Source: Actinomycetota bacterium (GTDB taxonomy: Bacteria; Actinomycetota; UBA4738; HRBIN12). From it: a stretch of 63,955 nt of DNA. Location: assembly GCA_044865955.1 (NCBI GenBank), contig JBIOTM010000152.1, positions 1 through 63,955 on the forward strand, read 5' to 3'. The stretch's first letter is position 1; every line of letters begins with the position of its first letter. The notes below the pieces were generated by a model. That model saw only the letters and a program-made list of their open reading frames with translations. It did no database searches and was not told the DNA's origin. The position numbers and the translations under genes were made by a program. Positions 39,132 to 45,233 of this stretch are shown here, one piece after another.

Positions 39132-39429
39132 GTTCCCTCCTGGTCCCGTTCGGCTCGGTCGCGTTCGGCCGGATGGTGGTCCACCGGTCGCCCCACCCTA
39201 CGTGGCTCGGGGGAGGGGAGACATCGGTCCGATGGACGAGGTCTTCCGCCGGCGATCCGGGCCGAAGGTCGGGGCGCGAAGCTTCGCACCCCGTTCGACC
39301 CGGCGCTAGGTGGCCTGCTGGGGAGGCGCTGTTGGCTCCGCTCATCCCGGGTGGGGTGGGCCGCTCCCGGCGTAGGTGACATAATGCACGTTATGGGGGA
39401 TGAGGGGCCCGAGGCAGCGCCACTGCCCG

Positions 39430-41751
39430 CTACGCCTGCCGGTACGGCCGACCCGTGAGCCTCCGGCGAACCCCCCACAGCGTGACCAGCCAGAGGGCCT
39501 CGACGACGATCCGCCGGGAGATCTTGGAGTGGCCGTGCTCGCGCTCGCGGAACGTGATCGGGACCTCGTGCAGGGACCAGCCGTGGAGCCAGGCGCGCAT
39601 CACGAGCTCGATCTGGAACCCGTAGCCGTCGGCGTGGAACGGCCGGGAGACGAGGTCGGCGAGCAGCTCCCGGCGGTAGACGCGGTACCCGCTCGTGGCA
39701 TCGTGCAACGGGATCCCGAGCATGAGGCGGGCGTACGTGTTGCCGCCCCTGGAGAGCGCCACGCGCACCTGGCTCCAGTTCGTGACCGAGCCGCCGGGGA
39801 CGTAGCGGCTCCCCACGACGAGGTGGTGCCGCTGCCGTGCGGCCTCCAGGAGGCTCCCGAGCTGCGTCGGGTCGTGGGACAGGTCCGCGTCCATCTCCAC
39901 GATCAGGTCGTACCCCCCCTCGAGGCCGCGCCGGAAGCCCTCCAGGTACGCGCTCGCCAGTCCGGACTTCGCCGGCCGCTCGAGGAGCGACAGGCGCGGC
40001 TCCCCCGCCATCAACCCCCGGACGACGCCGGCCGTGCCGTCCGGCGACCCGTCGTCCACCACCAGGACGTGGGCGCCGGGATGCGACAGGACCCCGGCGA
40101 TGACGTCGCCGATCGTGGGCGCCTCGTCGTACGTCGGGACGATCACCAGCGTTCGGATCCCGGGGCCCAGCGGCGCCGGATCCGGGCGCCGCTCGGCCCT
40201 GTCCCTCGGCACGGCCGCCAGCCCGACGACGAAGGCGAGCGAGAGCCAGGGGAGCCAATCGCCGAACCGGACGTAGGGGGTCCGAGCCGATGAGGCTCGG
40301 ATCGTCCGACGGATGATCGCCGGCTCGAACAGCCCGGTCTCCCGGAACGTGCGTCCGCTGGCATCGATGAAGGCGCTGATCCCCGACACCGCCGCGTGCA
40401 CGACCCACCGGCCGTCCTCGATCGCCCGCATCCTCGACATCTGGAGGTGCTGCGCCGACGCCGCGGTGTCCTCGTACGAGGCGTTGTTGGTGAGCACGAC
40501 GAGGAACCGGGCCCCCTCCCGGACGAGGCGCCGGTCGAGCTCGGCGAAGCTGTTCTCGAAGCAGATCGGGGTGCCGAAGGCGGGAAGGCCCGGTGCGCGC
40601 AGCGTGTGCAGCCGCTCCCCCGGCTCCAGCTCGTAGGCGATCTGCCGGAGGGCCGAGATCCACCCGACCACCGGTTTCCACGGGATGTACTCGCCGTAGG
40701 GCACGAGATGCGTCTTGCGGTAGACGTCCGTCACCGCTCCCCCGCCGTCGAACACGACCGCCTGGTTGTAGAGCGGCCCGTCCGCCCCCGGCGACCGGAT
40801 GTCGCGCGAGGTCGACCCGCCGAGCACCGGCACGCCGACGTCCGCGATGGTCGTCCTCACCTCGTCGAGGATCGAGAGCGAGGCCGGGTCCAACGCGCTC
40901 TCCCCCCAGACGGCCAGGTCGGGCGGGTCGCGTTTCAACCTCCGGTGGAGGTCGAGGTTGAGTCTCGTGACGGCGACGTCGCCTTCCGCCCTCGTGGGCA
41001 GCCGCTCCCCCAGTCGGAAGTCGACCTGGATCGCGGCGACGTCGAGCGGCCGGCCGTGGGGCGATGCGAAGGGGATCAGGATGGGGGCGATCGCGGCGGC
41101 CGCCGCGAGCCCGATCGAGGCCAGGCGCCGTCCGGGAGGCCTGTCGCCGGCCGCGGCCTCGGCGAGCAGGGCCGCCGCGAAGGCCACGACGAAGGTGACG
41201 CCCCACACCCCCGCGACGACCGCCACCCGGACCGTGACCCGGTTGGGGACCTGGGAGACCCCGAGCGAGCCCCAGGTGAAGCCGCCGAGCGGCCAGAGCC
41301 CTCGGAGTCGATCGATCGCGGTCCACAGGGCCGCGGCGCCCAGCGCCGAGACGACCGGACGCCCGGGGCGGCGAACCACCGGGACCAGCCCCCCGAACAG
41401 GGCCGTCGACAGCGCGGCCAGCAGGGTCAACGCGCTCCACGCGAGGGTGCCGAAGAGGAGGATCCACGACAGCGTGAGCCCGAACCCCGCGATCCCGTAG
41501 ACGAGGCCGAGGACGGAGCCCCGCGCCGGCCGGGCTCCGCGGAGCGCCACGAGCAGCAACGCCGGTGCGACGAATGCGAGCGGCCAGGCCCCCACCGGGG
41601 GGAACGCGAGGGACGAGAGCACCCCCCCGAGGACCGACAGAGCGAGCGACGCGAAGAGAGGGAGCCCGGACCTCAGGCGCAGTCGCGGCAGAACATCCGC
41701 CGTTTGTCCGCGAGCTGGCTCCGGTGCTTCACCAGGAAGCAGTTCTTGCAT
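39430..41751 (-). CDS. ppm1: Fusion protein: apolipoprotein N-acyltransferase-like (Lnt, CN-hydrolase, polytopic) + polyprenol-phosphate mannose synthase (GT2), Ppm1-type
   Basis: The N-terminal ~500 aa carry multiple TM helices and CN-hydrolase strings (AVWGESAL, GTPICFENSF). The C-terminus has VIVPTYDEAPTI, VLVVDDGSPDGT, EMDADLSHDP and SRYVPGGS. The start is uncertain: ATG 41751 overlaps the upstream gene by 79 nt. Confidence 0.88.
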   Translation of the reverse strand: MQELLPGEAPEPARGQTADVLPRLRLRSGLPLFASLALSVLGGVLSSLAFPPVGAWPLAFVAPALLLVALRGARPARGSVLGLVYGIAGFGLTLSWILLFGTLAWSALTLLAALSTALFGGLVPVVRRPGRPVVSALGAAALWTAIDRLRGLWPLGGFTWGSLGVSQVPNRVTVRVAVVAGVWGVTFVVAFAAALLAEAAAGDRPPGRRLASIGLAAAAAIAPILIPFASPHGRPLDVAAIQVDFRLGERLPTRAEGDVAVTRLNLDLHRRLKRDPPDLAVWGESALDPASLSILDEVRTTIADVGVPVLGGSTSRDIRSPGADGPLYNQAVVFDGGGAVTDVYRKTHLVPYGEYIPWKPVVGWISALRQIAYELEPGERLHTLRAPGLPAFGTPICFENSFAELDRRLVREGARFLVVLTNNASYEDTAASAQHLQMSRMRAIEDGRWVVHAAVSGISAFIDASGRTFRETGLFEPAIIRRTIRASSARTPYVRFGDWLPWLSLAFVVGLAAVPRDRAERRPDPAPLGPGIRTLVIVPTYDEAPTIGDVIAGVLSHPGAHVLVVDDGSPDGTAGVVRGLMAGEPRLSLLERPAKSGLASAYLEGFRRGLEGGYDLIVEMDADLSHDPTQLGSLLEAARQRHHLVVGSRYVPGGSVTNWSQVRVALSRGGNTYARLMLGIPLHDATSGYRVYRRELLADLVSRPFHADGYGFQIELVMRAWLHGWSLHEVPITFREREHGHSKISRRIVVEALWLVTLWGVRRRLTGRPYRQA

Positions 41752-42098
41752 ACGAACTCGCTCGACTGCATCGGCACGACGCGGGCGTCCAGCGGCTCGA
41801 GCCGTTCGTCGCGCGCGGTGGCGACCGGCGCCACCGGCTCCTCGTCGTCGGTGTCGTCCTCCGCGTCCTGAGCTTCTTGCTTCTCCAGGACCTCGTGGAT
41901 CGATCCGACGTCGGCGCCCGCGGGGTCGGCCGTGGCGGAGGCGGCGTCCTCCAGGTCCTCCTCCGTCGGCTCGAGGTCGTCGAGGTCCTCCTCGACCTCG
42001 TCGTCCCCGTCCTCGCGCTCGTCCCTGCGCTCCACCACCGCCGTGCTCCTCCGGGTCGGCTCCCTCGATCCGGCCGCGGATCGTAGCAGGGGGCCCAC
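41673..42098 (-). CDS. DUF4193-family protein (acidic N-terminus, C-terminal CxxC...CxxC)
   Basis: C-terminus EFVCKNCFLVKHRSQLADKRRMFCRDCA is the DUF4193 signature. The start is uncertain (GTG at 42098 or an internal start). Confidence 0.75.
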   Translation of the reverse strand: MGPLLRSAAGSREPTRRSTAVVERRDEREDGDDEVEEDLDDLEPTEEDLEDAASATADPAGADVGSIHEVLEKQEAQDAEDDTDDEEPVAPVATARDERLEPLDARVVPMQSSEFVCKNCFLVKHRSQLADKRRMFCRDCA

Positions 42099-42328
42099 CC
42101 GCCTGCCATGGGTACGGAGGATGTTCCCCGAGGGGGAAGGGAGGAAACGCGAGAGCCCGAGAGACCTTTGGGGCCGCGACGCCGGGGCGTCGCGTTCTCT
42201 ACTCAGCCTCTCGGGCTCCGCTTGCGTCCCCGCCGGGGCGGTGACGCAAGTGGGGACGTTACCGAGACCGCCGCGGAGGGGTCAACCCGAACCGGGAGAA
42301 ACAGTGACAAGAAGGCTGGCCGGACGTC

Positions 42329-43828
42329 TCAGGCCCGGAAGACCTCGCGTCCCAGGGAGACCGTCAGGACGGGACGGAGCCCCTCGGGAGACGCCACCTC
42401 GATCGGGTCGCCGTCGTAGGCGGCGAAGTCCGCGTGACGGCCCGGCTCGAGGGCGCCCTTCTTCCCATCCTGGTGCCCGAGACGGGCGCTCCCCACCCGG
42501 TGGAGCTTCAGCGCCTCCAGACGCGTCAGCCGCTGGGCCGGCTCGTGATGCTCCTCGAGGGACGCGATCGCGAGCATCGGATCGAGGGGGGTGACCGGCG
42601 AGTCGGAGCCGATGCCGACCTCGATCCCGCGATCGACCATCGTCCGGATCGGGTGCGCCGCCATCGCGCGCGCGGGCCCCAGCCGCTCCTCGTACAGCCC
42701 TCCACCCTGACCCCACAGCCGGTCGAAGGCCGGCTGGATCGACACTGCGAGCCCGAGCATCGCGGCCCGTTCCACCTGGTCCGCCGACGGGAGCACGAAG
42801 TGCTCGATCCGGTGGCGACGCGCCCGGAAGTGCCGCCGCTCCCTGGAATCGAGCGCGAGGTAGACCCGTTCCCACGTGGCGAGGACCTGCTCGATCGCCC
42901 GGTCGCCGATCGCGTGGACCCCGACCTGGAGGCCGGCGTTGTGACCCGCATGGAAGAACTCGGCGAGCTCGTCGTCCTCGTAGCAGAGCTCCCCTCGGTC
43001 CACCTCGTCCTCGTAGGGGTGCTCCAGCGCGGCGGTGCGCGCGCCGACCGAACCGTCGATCGGCAGGTCGCCCCCGACGGACGGGAACCCACGCTCGATC
43101 GATGCCAGGAGCGAGGTCGTGGCGGGGATCGGCGACACGTCGACGGGAAGCTGGTCGCGATGGCCGAGCAGGACGTCGAGATCCCGGAGATCCATCGACA
43201 TCTCGTGCACGGAGGTGACGCCGCGCGATGCCGCCAGGCCGGCCGCCTGCAGCTGGAGCTCCTCGATGCGGTGGTGTTCGTAGGACGCCTCGACCCATGC
43301 GGCGAGGCGCCGGTTCGCGTCCCGGGTGAGCCGTCCGGTGGGCCGGTCGTCCTCCCCCCGCTCCACGCCGTCCACGTCGGTCGTGTCGATCGCGGCCAGG
43401 ACCGCCGCGTTCACGACGGAGATGTGGCCGTCGGTCCGGGTGAGGACGACCGGGGCCTCGGTGATGCCGTCGAGCTCCGCCCCCGTGGGCAGCTCCCGGC
43501 GATCCCAGCCCGATTCGTCGAAGCCCTCGAGGTGGACGAGCGACGGAACCGTGCCGGCGCGTTCCCGGACGATGCCCAGGAGCTCCTCCTTCGACCGGGC
43601 GGCACGGACGTCCTCGTTCGCCAGGGATCGGCCGGTGGCGGTGAGGTGGACGTGGCTGTCGACGAACCCGGGCACGATCGTGGTGCCGGGGAGCTCGATC
43701 GTGAGATCGCTGTCTGGGGGGTCGCCGGTCCCGACGCGCTCGACGTGCCGGCCGTCGACGAGGATCCACTCCCCCATCGTGGGATGGGAGAGGGTGACGA
43801 TGCGCGAGGCACGGTACAAGGTCCTCAC
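42329..43828 (-). CDS. Metal-dependent amidohydrolase, Amidohydro_3 / YtcJ-like
   Basis: GTG start overlaps the upstream stop (GTGA). LPGTTIVPGFVDSHVHL (HxH metal site), VGVHAIGDRA, RIEHF and GSDSPVTPLDP. Confidence 0.88.
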   Translation of the reverse strand: MRTLYRASRIVTLSHPTMGEWILVDGRHVERVGTGDPPDSDLTIELPGTTIVPGFVDSHVHLTATGRSLANEDVRAARSKEELLGIVRERAGTVPSLVHLEGFDESGWDRRELPTGAELDGITEAPVVLTRTDGHISVVNAAVLAAIDTTDVDGVERGEDDRPTGRLTRDANRRLAAWVEASYEHHRIEELQLQAAGLAASRGVTSVHEMSMDLRDLDVLLGHRDQLPVDVSPIPATTSLLASIERGFPSVGGDLPIDGSVGARTAALEHPYEDEVDRGELCYEDDELAEFFHAGHNAGLQVGVHAIGDRAIEQVLATWERVYLALDSRERRHFRARRHRIEHFVLPSADQVERAAMLGLAVSIQPAFDRLWGQGGGLYEERLGPARAMAAHPIRTMVDRGIEVGIGSDSPVTPLDPMLAIASLEEHHEPAQRLTRLEALKLHRVGSARLGHQDGKKGALEPGRHADFAAYDGDPIEVASPEGLRPVLTVSLGREVFRA

Positions 43829-44583
43829 GGCGCCGCGATCATAGAGGAGTCCGCCCCGCCGAGCGTGACGCGCGCCTCCTCTCGGTCATCCAGGAGACGG
43901 GTCTTCCGGTCGTGGAGCTCCAGGCCGAGTCCCTCCGCCGCCCGGTGGAGCTCGCCGAGCGCCCGTCGTACGTCGCGGTCGGCGCCCCAGAGGACGACGT
44001 CGTCGACCCACCGGAGGTGCCGCACGCCTCCCGCACGGAGCGACCGGTCCAGCGCCGCGAGGATCCCGTTCGCGAGCACCGCGGAGGCCTCGGGTCCGAC
44101 GGGGAGGCCGCGCACGCCGTCCACCGCGAACCGACGCAGGAGCGCGACGGCGTGCGCGGCCTCCGGGCCGAGGACCGCGACGATCGTCCCGGTCGAGATC
44201 GAGCCGTAGCAGTCGCGGACATCGACCACCGCGAAGACCGTCCCGCGCCGCGCCTCGCGCACGGCCCGGCGGAGCGTCCGCCGCCACGCGGCGCGGGACG
44301 GCCCCCAGGGCGCGAGCCGCCAGCCGTCGGGTGCGGCCCTGGCTCGGTTGGCCAGGACGGCTGGGCCGAGCCCGCGCTCGATCCGCGGGACGAGCGGGCC
44401 CACCGCCGCCCGGTAGGCGGCCTCGTCGGCGGGATCCAGCCTGACGAGCCAGCGCATGCCGCCCCCCGGCCTGGGGACCGGCTCGAGCCGCAGCGCCTCG
44501 GTCTCGCGCCGGCCGGGCGGCCGGCCGCGGCGACGGTCCAGACGACGGAACCTCCTCCGGGGGATCCGGCCACGGTCGGCCAC
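43825..44583 (-). CDS. Minimal reverse-transcriptase (RVT_1-like) domain protein, fingers-palm only
   Basis: RT motifs in order. Motif 1 PVPRPGGGMRWL, 2 LDPADEAAYRAAV, A FAVVDVRDCYGSI, B GLPVGPEASAVLANGIL..LD, C LRWVDDVVLWG, D GLELHDRKTRLL. The protein ends ~20 aa later with no thumb. Third codon positions are very GC-rich in this frame. The start is unresolved: GTG 44583 lies inside a repeat, CTG 44541 follows GGAGGAGG, and ATG 44623 is out of frame by 1. Confidence 0.7.
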   Translation of the reverse strand: MADRGRIPRRRFRRLDRRRGRPPGRRETEALRLEPVPRPGGGMRWLVRLDPADEAAYRAAVGPLVPRIERGLGPAVLANRARAAPDGWRLAPWGPSRAAWRRTLRRAVREARRGTVFAVVDVRDCYGSISTGTIVAVLGPEAAHAVALLRRFAVDGVRGLPVGPEASAVLANGILAALDRSLRAGGVRHLRWVDDVVLWGADRDVRRALGELHRAAEGLGLELHDRKTRLLDDREEARVTLGGADSSMIAAP

Positions 44584-44609
44584 GGTCGGCCACGGTCGGC
44601 CACGGTCGG
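44568..44609. repeat. 10-bp tandem repeat ggccacggtc x4 (+gg) in the 5' end / leader of the RT-like gene
   Basis: Read directly: 44568-44607 is four perfect units. Flanked by the 8-bp inverted repeat cctcctcc (44551-44558) / ggaggagg (44612-44619). Confidence 0.95.
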
Positions 44610-44710
44610 AAGGAGGAGGCCATTCCGACGGTACCGGTTCACCGGCATCGGCCGCAATCCGCCGTCGCGGGGATTCCCCCGTCCCCCGCCGCCTGTGGGA
44701 CGATGCGTGC

Positions 44711-45154
44711 GTGGTGGACGAGCGCGACCTGGACATCATCGCGGCCCTGCAGGAGGACGCCCGGGCGACGTACGCCGACGTCGGCGGGAAGGTCGGGCTG
44801 TCGGCGTCCGCGGTCCACGATCGGGTGCGCAAGCTCGAGCGGAGCGGGGTGATCCGCGGCTACCGCGCCGTCGTGGACCCGGAGGCGATCGGGCTGTTCG
44901 TCACGGCGCTGATCGCAGCCACCCCCCTCGATCCCCAGCAGCCCGACGACCTCCCCGAACGGGTGCGGGAGTTCCCGGAGGTCCAGGACTGCTACTCGGT
45001 GGCCGGCGAGGCCAACTACGTGCTGAAGGTGCGCACCAGGACGACCGGGGAGCTGGAGGAGCTGATCCGGCGCCTCCGCGAGAAGGCCGGCGTGGCAACC
45101 AACACCACGATCGCGCTGTCGATCCCGTTCGAGGATCGGCCCCTCCACACCTAA
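44711..45154 (+). CDS. Lrp/AsnC-family transcriptional regulator
   Basis: LDIIAALQEDARATYADVGGKVGLSASAVHDRVRKLERSGVIRGY plus a C-terminal RAM/AsnC_trans_reg domain. GTG at 44711 or 44714. The ORF is open further upstream, but that part is RPG-rich. Confidence 0.88.
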   Translation: MVDERDLDIIAALQEDARATYADVGGKVGLSASAVHDRVRKLERSGVIRGYRAVVDPEAIGLFVTALIAATPLDPQQPDDLPERVREFPEVQDCYSVAGEANYVLKVRTRTTGELEELIRRLREKAGVATNTTIALSIPFEDRPLHT

Positions 45155-45233
45155 GGCTCGAGGCTCCCTTCTCCGCGGTCGAGGCCTCATAATGGTCGTA
45201 TACCTGTCCAGAGCGACGGACGAGAGGTCTCCC

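Noticed and set aside
39271-39292. Palindrome ggggcgcgaagcttcgcacccc downstream of ppm1 as a distinct regulatory site
   Set aside because: It is most simply a terminator-type hairpin for ppm1 or an incidental palindrome, and it has no other supporting feature. It lies ~140 nt from the stop, so even the terminator call is weak.
33813-39458. Giant 1881-aa plus-strand ORF spanning both surface-protein genes and their intergenic region
   Set aside because: It lies antisense to two well-supported genes that have signal peptides, repeated Ig-like modules and sorting tails. Its translation is monotonous R/V/D/G/H-rich text with no motifs. It is a typical stop-codon-poor shadow frame in very GC-rich DNA.
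44568-44609. CRISPR-like array
   Set aside because: The units are 10 bp and directly abutting, with no spacers. It is a simple tandem repeat.
44458-44710. Retron-like msr/msd ncRNA or DGR template repeat next to the RT-like gene
   Set aside because: There are no long a1/a2-type inverted repeats flanking a structured region. I could find no ~100-bp repeat shared with a nearby target gene. Only ~130 bp is available before the divergent lrp gene, and the RT lacks retron and DGR signature motifs.
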